Below, piece after piece: positions 37,709-49,004 of a DNA stretch of 64,000 nucleotides. A program made the translations under genes and the position numbers. The number at the start of each line of letters is the position of its first letter. Positions within the stretch are counted from its first letter, which is position 1. The stretch is from an uncultured Acidobacteriota bacterium (lineage in GTDB: Bacteria > Acidobacteriota > UBA6911): NCBI GenBank assembly GCA_963809485.1, contig CAWEJX010000020.1:352001-416000 (forward strand). Direction: 5' to 3'. The notes beneath the pieces are model-generated. The model searched no databases, was not told the origin of the DNA, and saw only the letters and a list, made by a program, of their open reading frames with translations.

Positions 37709-37733
37709 TAACATGAAATCACAGGGGATCACA
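37709..37733. promoter_or_regulatory. 10-bp-periodic TCACA triple direct repeat (site D)
   Basis: TAACA-tgaaa-TCACA-gggga-TCACA-tacgg, about 234 nt upstream of the 37475 start. Confidence 0.5.
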
Positions 37734-37887
37734 TACGGTGGATAGATGGAGTATGGCGTGATGGCAAAAGTGGACCGTAGATAGTTTAAATGTGTGGCCT
37801 CCATAAGTCCTCTTTCCTAACAATTACACTTTCGAAAACCCCGTGTTCTTTGCCATACTCTGGGACCTGTTCGCATGGAGGGCCTCG

Positions 37888-39384
37888 ATGAATCTGGCAC
37901 ATAACCTTGAATCTTCGGCGCTGTTTTATCCAAACCACCCGGCTGTCCGGGAACCGGGCGGGGAGACGACCTATGGACAGCTCAACGAAATGGCAAGCCG
38001 CGTCGCATCCGGTCTTGTTCAGAAAGGCATCGTCCCCGGCGACCTGGTAGCCCTTTGTGCCCCGAATACCGCTGAGTGGCTTGCCGTTTACTTCGGCATC
38101 CTCAAAGCCGGGGCAGTTGCCACGACGATCTCCTGCCTGCTGACGGACCACGAATTCTCGAACTTGATTCTCCACTCCAGGCCGCGAGTCGTTTACGCAG
38201 ATGAATCCAGGCTTGAAACACTGAAGCGCATCCGTTCCTCGGCAGGGATTGAAATGATACTTTGTCGCAACGGAGATATCGATCTTGGGGGTTTTATGGC
38301 TCAGGGCACCCCTGCTTTCCGCAGCATTGAACGAGAGCGGCGCGACCCGATCGCAGTTCTTTACACAGGTGGCACGACCGGCTTTCCCAAGGGGGTCATG
38401 CTCACTCAGGAAGGAATGGATTTCTCCTGCCAGTCCAATCTGCTCTACGAGCGTTACACGCATGCGGACACGAGCCTTTGCTTCCTCCCTTTCAACCACG
38501 TCTTCGGGCAGATCTATATCATGCACCCGACAATTCTCAGCGCCGGCTGCCTGGAGCTCATGCCGAGTTTCGACATGGATCGCGTGCTTTGGCTTCTGGA
38601 GAATGACCGTCTGACCCGCTTTTATGCAGTGCCCACTATATTCACGCGGTTTATCGACATCCCCGACATCGGCAATAAATTCCGGAAGGTTCGATACTGT
38701 TTTTCCGGCGGGGCTGCGATGTCTTCCGGCCTTCTTAAATATTGGAAAGAACGAACCGGCATCACCATTGCTGACGGCTATGGGCTGACCGAATTCATGC
38801 CCATTACGTACAACAACTATCACCTTGAGCACCATGTATCCGGATCTGTAGGACGGTCCGTATCGGGTGTGGAACTGGAAATAAGGGATGAAAAAGGAAG
38901 GCAGGTGGCCGACGGGGAGAAAGGGGAAATATCAGTCCGTGGAATCAGCGCAATGAAGGGGTACCTGCGCGATCCTGAAGCCACCCGCGAAACCTTCTGG
39001 CCCGACGGCTGGCTTCGGACGGGCGATATCGGCGTGGTGGATTCGAGAGGCTTTGTTTACATCGTGGACCGGCTCAAGGACATGGTGATAACCGGGGGCG
39101 AGAATGTCTATCCGCGGGAAATCGAGGAAGCTATCTACTTGATGCCCGAAATTGAGGACTGTGCGGTCATAGGCGTACCGGACAAGCAGTGGGGAGAACG
39201 CGTTGTCGCCTATCTGGTGTTCAGGAAAGGCCAGCGTATTGAAATTGGCGAATTGAAAGACTCGCTAAAAGTCCGGCTATCGGCCTTCAAGCTGCCCAAG
39301 GAATATTTCATCGTGAAAGAGCTGCCGAAAAGTCCTCAGGGGAAAATACTCAGAAAAGAAGTACGCAAGCTGTACGCGCCGTAG
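37888..39384 (+). CDS. Long-chain fatty acid--CoA ligase (ANL family)
   Basis: YTGGTTGFPKG, GYGLTE, TGDIG, DRLKD..GGENVYP and LPKSPQGK; GGAGG RBS before ATG 37888. Confidence 0.92.
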   Translation: MNLAHNLESSALFYPNHPAVREPGGETTYGQLNEMASRVASGLVQKGIVPGDLVALCAPNTAEWLAVYFGILKAGAVATTISCLLTDHEFSNLILHSRPRVVYADESRLETLKRIRSSAGIEMILCRNGDIDLGGFMAQGTPAFRSIERERRDPIAVLYTGGTTGFPKGVMLTQEGMDFSCQSNLLYERYTHADTSLCFLPFNHVFGQIYIMHPTILSAGCLELMPSFDMDRVLWLLENDRLTRFYAVPTIFTRFIDIPDIGNKFRKVRYCFSGGAAMSSGLLKYWKERTGITIADGYGLTEFMPITYNNYHLEHHVSGSVGRSVSGVELEIRDEKGRQVADGEKGEISVRGISAMKGYLRDPEATRETFWPDGWLRTGDIGVVDSRGFVYIVDRLKDMVITGGENVYPREIEEAIYLMPEIEDCAVIGVPDKQWGERVVAYLVFRKGQRIEIGELKDSLKVRLSAFKLPKEYFIVKELPKSPQGKILRKEVRKLYAP

Positions 39385-39524
39385 TATCCATTGTTTCATT
39401 CTCTGGCGAAGGCATTTTCTGCTGTTTGGCGACACCTGCACGAATGAACTCACCCAATCGCTTTGAGCTATTTGCGAGTAAGCGTCCGGCTTTTCCCGAG
39501 GTTTTGACCAGCTCCCGATTGCGC

Positions 39525-39956
39525 CTAATCATGCCCTGATCCCTTCTCCTGCCTCACAGTGACCGTCAGGTCGACTGTTTTCGTATTTCCCTTGTTGTCT
39601 TCGGCAATCAAACTGTAGACAGTATCCGTTTGGGGCATGGTGGCAACACAGCGGGAAATCGACGGCCAGACACTTTCGACCGGCGCTGGTTCAATGCGAA
39701 CGCTCTCGGCGTTGGTTACGCTGTAGCAGAGCTGGGCGGTTTCGCCCCGGAGGATGGTCGAAGGCACCGCATAAAAGGACAATATTCTGATGCCGCCGCC
39801 ATAGGCTTCGGCAAATGCTCGGTCACGCGCCTCGACAGGTGCCTTCAAGCGCTGGATCAGCGCTTGATTATTTGTCCATCGAAAATAATAAACGAAACCC
39901 AGATAAATCAAGGCCACGGCAACAGTCAGGCAAGCAAAAATCCAAGTTTTGCGCAT
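39525..39956 (-). CDS. Membrane-anchored protein with a small Ig-like domain
   Basis: N-terminal TM; ILSFYAVP...GETAQLCYSV...YSLIAED beta-sandwich pattern. Confidence 0.6.
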   Translation of the reverse strand: MRKTWIFACLTVAVALIYLGFVYYFRWTNNQALIQRLKAPVEARDRAFAEAYGGGIRILSFYAVPSTILRGETAQLCYSVTNAESVRIEPAPVESVWPSISRCVATMPQTDTVYSLIAEDNKGNTKTVDLTVTVRQEKGSGHD

Positions 39957-40301
39957 GTCGAAATTCTCCGACAAAACCATCTTCAATTTGCAGATTCGGC
40001 ATTATAAGACCAAACCGACAGCTTTGCGGATCAGTCAAAATATAGATCCATTCTCAAACCTCTCGGCTTCGCCTGCGCCAGGCGCTGGTGGTATTGGGGC
40101 GGTTCTGCTGCTGATCGGTGCTGTCAATTCATTTGCCGTGCCCATCACTTAGGGCTATCTGCCTGCATCGTTTCCGTGGATCCTGGCATCTCCGTTCATG
40201 CTGCATGTTACAAGTCACAGGTCAAAAGGTGATCCTGAGCCGATCCTATGCATGCCGGTCCGCAACTCTTCCCGTTTGGCCAAAAAGATCCTGCTATCCG
40301 C

Positions 40302-43073
40302 TCATACCATGGTTTCGCGCCCGAATCGCCGACGAAGCGCAAATTTCCAGATCTCTATGATGAAGAGCACAAGCAGAGCGGCTCCCGCGGCCAGCCCCAG
40401 GTCGGGCCATGGCATCGGCACTGTTCCAAATATCCGATTGCCTATCGGAGTGTAGATTACGGCCAACTGCAGGGCCGTGGTGAGCAGGATAGCCCCAACC
40501 AGCGGCCGGTTCCCTAGAAGCTTCATCCTGAAGATCGATTCTTCCTCCGAACGCGATTCCAGGGCTACCGCCAGCTGCGTCAATACTAGCACCGTGAAAA
40601 CCGTGGTCTGCCAGGCGGGATCTCCCAGGCGCCAGAGTTCCCAAGCTGTCGTGATTGCAGTCAGGCTCATAAGGATGCCGATCACGAGGATGAACAGAGT
40701 CATCTCGCGGCCGAACACTCCCGCGGACCGCGAGCGGGGAGGCCGCCTCATCACGTTTCGTTCCGCAGGTTCGACGCCCAGGGCCAGCGCCGGCGGCCCG
40801 TCTGTGACCAGGTTCATCCAGAGGATCTGAAGCGGAAGCAGCGGCAGTGGCATGCCAAGCAGCGGCCCAAACAACATCACCGCGATTTCGCTGGCATTGC
40901 AGGTCAAAAGGTACCGTATGAAGCGGCGGATGTTGTCATAAATGATCCGGCCCTCTTCGACGGCGGAGACAATGGTGGCGAAATTGTCGTCCAACAGAAC
41001 CATGTCGGAAGCGCTCTTTGCGACATCCGTGCCGGTGACCCCCATCGCGACGCCGATATCCGCTTTTTTGAGGGCAGGCGCATCGTTGACACCGTCGCCG
41101 GTCATGGAGACCACATCTCCCTGTTTCTGGTATGCGTCGATGAGCTTGAGCTTGTGTTCGGGCGAGACCCGGGCGAATACGGAAATCTCGCGCGTGGCTT
41201 CCACAAGCTCTTCCACCGGCATCTGCTCGATCTCCTGGCCGGTCAGGAACCGGTCGTTACGGGAAATGCCGATCTGCCGCGCGATGTGCTGTGCGGTCAG
41301 GGGGTGATCTCCGGTGATCATTGCAGTGCGGATGCCGGCGTTGTGGCAGCTCTCCACGGCCATCCGGACTTCCGGGCGGGGAGGGTCGATCATTCCAAAA
41401 AGCCCGAGCAACGTAATGCCTCGCTCCAGTGCTTTTTCTGCAGTCTCGTCAGGCGGCAGTTCCCACGTGCGAATGCCGACGCCGAGAACGCGCATGCCTT
41501 TCTGCGCCATACTGTCGTGCGCGGCCATGATTCTCGATTCCCAGGTTGCGTCGAGTTTTTCGCGCCTCCCATTCACCCAGACGTGGCTTGTAATGGAGAG
41601 GAGCCCGTCGATGGCTCCTTTGGTGAAAGCGATGTACGGAGGAACCGCTACAGTGTCCCTGCGCTCCCAGAACGGCCTCAAACCCGGCGGAAGCTCGCTG
41701 TCCGCCTGCGGTGTGCGGTGCAGCGTGGTCATCCGTTTGCGCACAGAATCAAACGGGACTTCCGCGATGCGCGGAAACGCGCGGTCCAGGTCCGGCTTCA
41801 TAAGGCCCACGCAGGCCGCGGTCAGGACCAGGGCTCCCTCGGTGGGATCGCCCACTGCACGGTAGCGTTCCTGTTGTGTCTGGTCCTTCGATAGAGCGGC
41901 ATCGTTGCAGAGCGCTCCGGCAATCAGGAGCAGATCGAGGGTGGGCTGCACATTGGCATGCGGGACATCGGCTTGCGGATCAAGCGTAAAGCACGCTTCA
42001 TTCGGAGGCTGGCTGAGCTCAATCGAGTGGTTCGCGATGTCCAGGGCCACAACGGTCATCCGGTTCAGGGTAAGGGTTCCCGTTTTGTCGGAGCATATGA
42101 CCGTTACGGAGCCGAGGGTTTCAACGGCCGGAAGCTTACGGATCAACGATTTCCGCTTCAGCATGCGCTGCGCCCCGAGAGAGAGGGCGATGGTCACCAC
42201 GGCCGTAAGAGCTTCCGGCACGGCGGCTACGGCGAGGCTCACGGCCGTCAGCAGCAGTTCCTCGATTTTGCTCTGACCACGGATCCACCCCAAAACAAAA
42301 ACAACTGCAACCAGGCCGAGCGCAGCCTGGGCAAGCAGCTTGCCGAGCTTGTTCAAACGCTGCTGCAGGGGAGTCGATTCCCGGGTAACAGACTGCATCA
42401 TGCTGGCGATATGGCCGAGTTCGGTACGCATGCCGGTTTCGGTGACAACGAACTCGCCCCGGCCATAGGTGACGACCGTCCCGCTGTAAATCATGTTTCG
42501 GCGGTCCCCCAGGGCTTTCTCGCTCTCGAACAGAAGTCCACCGTCCTTTTCCACAGGCTCGGATTCCCCGGTCAAAGCCGACTCGTCTACGCGCAGGTTG
42601 ATTCCCTCGAGAACCCGTCCGTCGGCAGGTACGATATTTCCGGTTTCCAGCACGATGATGTCCCCCGGAACCACCTCTCGTGCGGATATTTCTCTGATGC
42701 TGCCCTCGCGGCGCGCGCGCACCGTTGGAACAGCCATCCGTTTCAGCGCCGCCATGGATTGTTCGGCTTTGAATTCCTGAATATAGCCAAAGACGGCATT
42801 CAGAATGACGATGACCAGGATGACGATAGCCTCCAGCCAGTCCCCCAGCAGGGCTGAAACAAGGGCTGCAATCAGCAGCAATATGGTTAAAACCCCCGTC
42901 AGCTGCTCGGCAAGTATCTGCCAGCGCGTCCGGCCGTCCTTACCGACCAGTTCGTTGAATCCTTGCTCATGGAAACGCTTTTCAACTGCCGCTTCCGATA
43001 GCCCCTGCAGCGGATCGCTGTCGAGCCGCCGCAAAACGTCGGAAGCTGTAAGCCTGTACCATTCAGTCCGCAT
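40302..43073 (-). CDS. Cation-transporting P-type ATPase (type IIA, Ca2+-like)
   Basis: TGES, PEAL, DKTGT, KGA, MITGD, GDGVND and LWMNLVTD. Confidence 0.95.
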   Translation of the reverse strand: MRTEWYRLTASDVLRRLDSDPLQGLSEAAVEKRFHEQGFNELVGKDGRTRWQILAEQLTGVLTILLLIAALVSALLGDWLEAIVILVIVILNAVFGYIQEFKAEQSMAALKRMAVPTVRARREGSIREISAREVVPGDIIVLETGNIVPADGRVLEGINLRVDESALTGESEPVEKDGGLLFESEKALGDRRNMIYSGTVVTYGRGEFVVTETGMRTELGHIASMMQSVTRESTPLQQRLNKLGKLLAQAALGLVAVVFVLGWIRGQSKIEELLLTAVSLAVAAVPEALTAVVTIALSLGAQRMLKRKSLIRKLPAVETLGSVTVICSDKTGTLTLNRMTVVALDIANHSIELSQPPNEACFTLDPQADVPHANVQPTLDLLLIAGALCNDAALSKDQTQQERYRAVGDPTEGALVLTAACVGLMKPDLDRAFPRIAEVPFDSVRKRMTTLHRTPQADSELPPGLRPFWERRDTVAVPPYIAFTKGAIDGLLSITSHVWVNGRREKLDATWESRIMAAHDSMAQKGMRVLGVGIRTWELPPDETAEKALERGITLLGLFGMIDPPRPEVRMAVESCHNAGIRTAMITGDHPLTAQHIARQIGISRNDRFLTGQEIEQMPVEELVEATREISVFARVSPEHKLKLIDAYQKQGDVVSMTGDGVNDAPALKKADIGVAMGVTGTDVAKSASDMVLLDDNFATIVSAVEEGRIIYDNIRRFIRYLLTCNASEIAVMLFGPLLGMPLPLLPLQILWMNLVTDGPPALALGVEPAERNVMRRPPRSRSAGVFGREMTLFILVIGILMSLTAITTAWELWRLGDPAWQTTVFTVLVLTQLAVALESRSEEESIFRMKLLGNRPLVGAILLTTALQLAVIYTPIGNRIFGTVPMPWPDLGLAAGAALLVLFIIEIWKFALRRRFGRETMV

Positions 43074-43109
43074 ATCTGCTCCAGTGAGGGGGGACAGTCA
43101 CGGTCGAAT

Positions 43110-43480
43110 CTAATCTTGTCGTCCAAAGAGGCCGAGACTCTTGACCACCTTCGTCTCGATCGGGAAACCCGCGTTCAGGTGCTCCACGCGGTATCGCACC
43201 AGCGGATAATAGAGCTTTGCCAGCGCTTTCACCGCAGGGTTGGTTGCCTTGTATGTAAAATTCGTTCCCATGAACATCAAAGGGAAATCCAGCCCGGAGA
43301 TGAGTTCCTTGGTCTTCTCCGGAATCCAGGGAGCATCTTTCGGCACATACCGATAATTCAGCGGCGCCCAATCCTCAAGGCTTTTCGGCTCCTTCAGGCC
43401 CAGACTCACGGCAAGCCGGTAGAGTTCAGTCCCCGGATAGGGTGTATAGATATTAAAGCCATTCGCCTGCCTTTCAGGAT
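43110..43480 (-). pseudogene. C-terminal fragment of a B12-binding radical SAM protein
   Basis: FNIYTPYPGTELY...PKSLEDW is a typical C-terminal segment; there is no CxxxCxxC. Confidence 0.6.
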
Positions 43481-43714
43481 CCCGAAGGTTGAGCAAAAAT
43501 CTCTCCGGGATAACGCTGTCTGTTCTGCCGAGTGTCCGGACGAGGGCGGCTTCAGGATATGGAAATTCCAGGCTCCGGGTCAACATTTTCCGGGCGTCCG
43601 GTTCTAGACGCAATCTGTGACTGCGTAGATCGGATATTGCTGAATGCTTATAGCGGCTTGTGCTATTCCCTAAGAGCCCATCCCGAAAGGCCGACTTCAC
43701 GCTAACGGCATTCC

Positions 43715-43890
43715 ACCGGACACACGATTTCCTGGGCTATGGCATCTTCGAATTGCCTTTCGGTCCGAACAGATTGCTGGGCAAAAACACGCATGGTGTC
43801 TTTGCGCGGCTGATTGAAGGCTGGCAGCTTGGCGCCATGTTCGACGTCAGTACTGGAGCCCCGCTGAATGTTATTGGCCGAACTTCCATC
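43715..43890 (+). pseudogene. Fragment of a TonB-dependent-receptor-like protein
   Basis: YGIFELPFGPNRLL...ARLIEGWQLG....STGAPL. Confidence 0.55.
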
Positions 43891-43959
43891 AGCAATATCC
43901 AACCCGTCACCGTCGTCACGGCTGGTGCCCCCGGATACTCCCCCGGATACTGCGGACAA

Positions 43960-44065
43960 CCTGCAGCGTCTGTTCCGCGAAAACGGCTGGACCGACGGGC
44001 TTCCGGTTATCCTTCCTAAGAAAGCGCGCGTGGCCGAAATGCCCAAGGGAACCAGCCACAAGCCC
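43960..44065 (+). pseudogene. Fragment of a GWTDGLP-motif (UGSC-associated) protein
   Basis: FRENGWTDGLPVILP...RVAEM; no full-length gene is present. Confidence 0.45.
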
Positions 44066-44075
44066 GCAATTTCAG

Positions 44076-44270
44076 ATGACGGAATTGGAGCTGGATCCGC
44101 CGAAATACAATGAAGTTCTGGTCAAAGTATCGGTCTGCGGCGTCTGCCAAACCGATGAGGTCGCGCGCCAGCAGATCATCCCTGTCCCGCTGCCCTCCGT
44201 CTTCGGCCACGCGGGCTTCGGCGGCGTCGAGGATACCGGGCCCGGCGTGACCGATTTTAAAAAGGGGACT
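44076..44270 (+). pseudogene. N-terminal fragment of a Zn-dependent alcohol dehydrogenase
   Basis: ELELDPPKYNEVLVKVSVCGVCQTD...FGHAG...GPGVTDFKKG (GHE degraded to GHA), truncated. Confidence 0.65.
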
Positions 44271-44362
44271 GCGTCGGCTTTTCTTAAGGCTGCTGCGGCG
44301 CCTGCGAGGCTTGCCGGACCGGCCGCCCGTGGTCGTTGAAACGGAAGCTTGCCCCTCATTCT

Positions 44363-44530
44363 TCATCGTTTCAGGAAAAGCCGCGGTGCAAAGTCCTTCA
44401 GATCGCGACGCCATGTCTGCCACTCATGATCGGTTCCGGGGGATTCGTAGTAGACGTGTTGAATATTCGCCTTCAAAAGCGATTGATGCAGCCGCTGGAT
44501 TCCGGTGCCATACCCAAATGCTTCATCTCT
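44363..44530 (-). pseudogene. C-terminal fragment of an alpha/beta esterase
   Basis: YYESPGTDHEWQTWRRDLKDFAPRLF. Confidence 0.65.
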
Positions 44531-44673
44531 TGCCTCCTTGTTTACGCTCAATTTTTAAGGCAGCGGCGCCTTGAACTCCTCACTTATGAAGGAGAGCGGA
44601 GTTCCACAAATTTCACGATTAGCCCGACGTTTTCGGCTGATCTGTTCCTCGCATTTTGCTCCCCCTGCGCCGG

Positions 44674-44748
44674 TCAATATCTGCCGTATTCCTTCGTAAA
44701 TTCAATCATAGCTTTCAGGTTTTCCGGTTTCACCTCGTCCGTGGAACT
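44674..44748 (-). pseudogene. C-terminal fragment of a uroporphyrinogen-decarboxylase-family protein
   Basis: Hand translation gives SSTDEVKPENLKAMIEFTKEYGRY*, a typical URO-D-family C-terminus. Confidence 0.5.
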
Positions 44749-45113
44749 CCTCTGCCTCATCCCGACTCAGCCTCAAAACTGAATGGAGCTTCTCAAATCC
44801 TGGCAATCGGCAAGGGTGACAGCAGCGTTGCAGCGGCCACGATTTAAAATAGTCTCCCCAGTCCAGCCTCCGGGGAATGGCTTTCGACCTCAGAGGTTTG
44901 ATGAAGGCCATTCTCTCCTTTTTTATCCCTATTATTCTATGAAATCTTCGGTTCAGGCACCTTCATTTCCGAAGGAGGCACATCGGGATTATGAGGAGCT
45001 TCCAAGATCCTTTTATCAAAGTCTCAAAAATATCCTCAAATGGATTCAGGGGACTGATGTAAAATTCCACCACAGGAAAATTCATCCATTTGCATTAACG
45101 CCTGGAGATCACT

Positions 45114-46406
45114 ATGAGCCGAGTTGTGAGATTATCTTCTGCGCTGCTGTTCATTCTCTTGTTCGGTATATCGTCCATGGTATCCGCGGCAACGATGCCC
45201 ACGGCGAAACCGGAGGAGATGGGATTTTCCTCGGATCGCCTGCAAAGGATCCATGAGCTGATGCAGCGAAATATGGACGCAGGAAACTTTGCCGGCGCCG
45301 TCACACTGGTTGCGCGGCAGGGCCGCATTGTGCATTTTGAAACGCACGGCCTGATGGATCTGGATGCGAAAAAGCCAATGGCAAAGAATGCCATTTTTCG
45401 GATCATGTCGATGACAAAGCCCGTGGTCGGGGTCTCAATCCTGATGCTTCTGGAAGAGGGCAAAGTCAGGCTCAACGATCCGGTGTCGAAGTACATTCCT
45501 CAATTCAAAGACATAAAGGTGGCCGTTCCCTTGCCAAGCCCGCCTCCATCCGCCTATGGGCCGTCTTCGCAGACACCTCAGGATCCCAGGTTCTACTCAG
45601 TGCCGGCTGACCGCGAAATTACGATTCGTGACCTGTTGACTCACACATCGGGGCTCGTCAGCGGTCCGATCAGCATGAGCCAGAATTCAAAAATCAGCTA
45701 TAAGCAGGGCGAGACCCTGGCGGATTACATCCCCCGGCTCGGCGGCATACCCCTCGAGTTTCAGCCTGGCACGAAGTGGGCATACAGTGCGCAGGCAGGA
45801 ATCGATACTCTGGCTCGCATCGTGGAGATCGTCTCAGGGCAAACCTTCGATCAGTTCCTGCGCCGCCGCATCTTCGAACCTCTCGAAATGGCTGACACCT
45901 GCTTCTTTCCTGCCGAAGCACTCACGCCTCGAATCGCGACCCTTTATAGAAAAACCCAAAATGGTTTGCAGAAGCAGGACAATCCGGCCTTTATGAACGG
46001 CACCTATTTCTCCGGCGGAGGCGGATTGTTCAGCACCGCCCCGGACTATTTAAGGTTCGGCCAGATGCTGGCCAATGGAGGAGAACTCGAAGGCAGGCGG
46101 GTGCTGGGTCGCCGGACGGTTGAGATGATGGCGTCCCTTCATATACCGGACACGCTTCCGGGCAGGACGCCCGGCGAAGGCTATGGCCTGACGGTGCGCG
46201 TGATCAGCAACTCAGGCGCGGCCGCAACGGCGTTGTCCGTCGGCAGCTTCGGCTGGAGTGGCGCTTTCGGTACGCACTTCTGGGTGGATCCGAAAGAAAA
46301 AATCGTGGCGGTTCTAATGACTCAGGGAGGCAGTATGGAATCGGCTGCCGATTTTGAAACGGCCGTCATGCAAGCCGTCATTGACCAGCCAATAGTGTGC
46401 CGGTGA
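45114..46406 (+). CDS. Exported beta-lactamase-family serine hydrolase
   Basis: Signal peptide, FRIMSMTK (SxxK), LLTHTSG, WAYS, GGGLFST and FGWSG. Confidence 0.92.
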   Translation: MSRVVRLSSALLFILLFGISSMVSAATMPTAKPEEMGFSSDRLQRIHELMQRNMDAGNFAGAVTLVARQGRIVHFETHGLMDLDAKKPMAKNAIFRIMSMTKPVVGVSILMLLEEGKVRLNDPVSKYIPQFKDIKVAVPLPSPPPSAYGPSSQTPQDPRFYSVPADREITIRDLLTHTSGLVSGPISMSQNSKISYKQGETLADYIPRLGGIPLEFQPGTKWAYSAQAGIDTLARIVEIVSGQTFDQFLRRRIFEPLEMADTCFFPAEALTPRIATLYRKTQNGLQKQDNPAFMNGTYFSGGGGLFSTAPDYLRFGQMLANGGELEGRRVLGRRTVEMMASLHIPDTLPGRTPGEGYGLTVRVISNSGAAATALSVGSFGWSGAFGTHFWVDPKEKIVAVLMTQGGSMESAADFETAVMQAVIDQPIVCR

Positions 46407-46584
46407 AAACACTCCTATCTGCGCAAAGGAGAATCCATGAACCCGGAAGCCGCTCTCTTTTTGTTGATCGCGCCGGTTCTAGCCTGCGTCATTGTGCGTC
46501 CGTTCATGCACTCCTAATCAGCCGCGAAGTCGATTAGCGAGAAGCCGATTAGGTTGTTATATCCCAACAAATTTGGTTATAACC

Positions 46585-46980
46585 AGTCAGGTGCCTCCGG
46601 CAAAGCCGGAGGCTTGAAAGATTTGTACCGCTCAAAGCGGTTGGAGGAGTTACGCCGGTCTTGAACGCTGACTTACGCGGGCAAAAGCCGATGAGGCGAT
46701 TCCGATCCCCGCAGGGGCCAGCGCTCCGCGCTGGACAGTTTTCTGCGGCGGCACCGTGGCAAACGCCGTGCGGCAAGGAGATGAAGGGTATGAGAAACCG
46801 GGCGTTTGCCACAGTGCCGCCGCAGAAAACTCCATCGGAAGCGCCTCATCGGCTTTTGCTCGCCGACCCTCGCCGAACAAATCGGCGTTTGTCAGCGCTT
46901 TTATCAGCGTTTCTCAGCGTTTCAAAATACGGAGCTGTCAAACTCCTTGAGTCCACCGGCAGAGCCGGGGGTTTACCAAT
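46585..46980. mobile_element. Non-autonomous IS200/IS605-like palindromic element, copy 3 (longest, nested hairpins)
   Basis: Both hairpin ends are present (cctccggcaaagccggagg; ccggcagagccgg). Internal inverted arms: gcaaaagccgatgaggcg/cgcctcatcggcttttgc and gttttctgcggcggcac/gtgccgccgcagaaaac. Confidence 0.75.
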
Positions 46981-47013
46981 GTAAATACGGACTACCGGGC
47001 TGCGGCGCCGGGT

Positions 47014-48267
47014 TTAGAGTTTCTTGATACCGCTGTTTGACAACAGAAACGCCATGGCAGTCGCTGCCAGCACGCAGGCCAATGCGAACAGCGTATGAGA
47101 GGGAGAAAATTTCGAAGCGAAGTATCCGGCCACCAGATTACCCACCGGCATCCCGCCTCGGAATGCCAGCATGAAGATGCTCATCACCCGGCCGCGCATC
47201 TCCTCCGTGACGGTTAGCTGCACCAGCGAATTGATCGCAGAAAACATCGTAATCAGGCACATCCCGCAAAGAAACAGGCAAAGGCAGCTGAGCGGCAGGA
47301 ATCGCGTCATTGCGAAGATCCCGAGCAGTGCGGCAAAGATCAACTGCACGCGCAGCGCCAGCAGTCCGTGATTCTTGCGCTGAGCCAGACTCGCATATAT
47401 CAACGCGCCGAGGATCGACCCGACCCCGGAGATAGAGAGCAGGTAGGAATATCCTTTGGCATCGAGGTGAAACGTGTCCTTCGCGATCACCGGCAGCAGC
47501 GTCAACAGCGGGATGCCGCAAAAAGTGCCGACGAAGCCGAGCGCGGAAAGCTGCCAGAGCGCCCCGCGCTTGCGGACAAAAGAAAACCCGCTCCGGATGC
47601 CCGCGAGCACCGATTCGTTTGTCTTCTGCGGCAGAAACGTGGCCCGGATCAAATACAGCCCCAGAATTACGGCCATAAACGACAAGCCATTCAGGAAAAA
47701 ACACGTGGCTGCGCCGAACGCAGCCATCGTTACGCCTGCGACTATCGGACCCACCACCCGCGCCAGATTGAATTGAATCGAATTCAACGCCACCGCGTTG
47801 GGAACCACCTTTCGCTCCACCAATCCCGGAATCAATGCCTGATAGGCCGGCCCTCCAAACGACATGGCCGTGCCCGCCACAAGCACCAAAATCATCATGT
47901 GCCCTATGCGCACCACCTTGACATACACCAGCAGCGTCAGGATGAAGGCGCACGTCATCTGCACGTATTGCGATCCCAGCAGAATCCGGCGGCGGTCGAT
48001 GCGGTCGGCCACCACGCCGCCGATGAGCGAAAACAGCATGAACGGCAGATCCTGGAGGAATCCGAGCAGGCCCAAAAAAAACGCAGATTTCGGGCCGGCC
48101 ATCTCCAGCACCAGCCAGGACTGAGCCACGCTCTGCATCCACGTTCCGGTTGTGGACGTGAATGCGCCCGCCCACATCAGACGAAAATCGCGGTAGTAGA
48201 ATGCCTGGAACGTACGCTTAAAGAATCCTGACTCCGATGTCTCTCCTGCCTCTTCCATCATATCCAT
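47014..48267 (-). CDS. MFS transporter (DHA3/DUF894-like)
   Basis: FRLMWAG, GTWMQ, GGVVADRIDRRRIL, NLARVVGP and MRGRVMS; about 12 TM segments. The start is uncertain. Confidence 0.9.
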   Translation of the reverse strand: MDMMEEAGETSESGFFKRTFQAFYYRDFRLMWAGAFTSTTGTWMQSVAQSWLVLEMAGPKSAFFLGLLGFLQDLPFMLFSLIGGVVADRIDRRRILLGSQYVQMTCAFILTLLVYVKVVRIGHMMILVLVAGTAMSFGGPAYQALIPGLVERKVVPNAVALNSIQFNLARVVGPIVAGVTMAAFGAATCFFLNGLSFMAVILGLYLIRATFLPQKTNESVLAGIRSGFSFVRKRGALWQLSALGFVGTFCGIPLLTLLPVIAKDTFHLDAKGYSYLLSISGVGSILGALIYASLAQRKNHGLLALRVQLIFAALLGIFAMTRFLPLSCLCLFLCGMCLITMFSAINSLVQLTVTEEMRGRVMSIFMLAFRGGMPVGNLVAGYFASKFSPSHTLFALACVLAATAMAFLLSNSGIKKL

Positions 48268-48541
48268 ATATTTGACCGCGGATTTCCGCGGATCAACACG
48301 CATCTTGGATCCGCCAGAACCCTGAGGCGAAATCTTTTTTGACTGGATGTTTGGCCGTAACGCCGCACATTTCATCGACATCGCGTGCCGACAGCATGCT
48401 ACATGCCCGCCCAATACGGGTTCCCTCATCCGTCATCATTTTTCGCGACCAGGGCGCATCCGCCGCGTTGCCGGGCAACGCACCGACATTAAGGCGTTGG
48501 CGGTTGCCCCCCAATCGACCAATGTCGCACGGGAATAATCC

Positions 48542-49004
48542 TTATGTGGGCGGGACACTGGAAAAGGCGGGCATTCTTGACATGGCGATCTGAAATACCG
48601 GCCTGTCGATTTTTCTGAAAGCAGAGCCCGCCATGTTTGACTCCGGCAGGCACATGAATAAAGCAGGTTTTGGTAATCGTCATCTTTTTGCCGTCGACGA
48701 CTAAATCGATTTCCGCTCCCAGATTGTTCGGATCGTCCATATTACTGCCGACAAAGCCGAGTATCTCATCGTGGTCAGGGTGGCTGTGTTCAGGATGAAC
48801 CTTGGGTACCGAGCCTACCACCCATACGGCTTCAACGTAGAACGATCCCGGGATAATTCTGTCGTCAATGTAGATCACTCGCCTGAGGGGATCTTCATTC
48901 GGCGTCTTGGGCGTATCATCGTCAGTTTCGAAATCGTGGACTCCCTTAGGCACTTCAAGATTGGTGCAAACAACCGCTTGGGGTTTAGCCTCAGCCTTTA
49001 CCAT
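48542..49004 (-). CDS. Cupin-fold protein (frameshift in the A5 run at 48610-48614)
   Basis: HSHPDHDEILGFVGSN...LGAEI...VPAGVKHG. Removing one A gives KIDRPVFQIAMSR, matching the 58142 paralogue, with a stop at 48542. Confidence 0.7.

Noticed and set aside
46585-46980. CRISPR array or tRNA/rRNA
   Set aside because: The repeats are inverted or dispersed, not identical direct repeats with unique spacers. No cas genes, cloverleaf or rRNA signature was recognised anywhere in the window.
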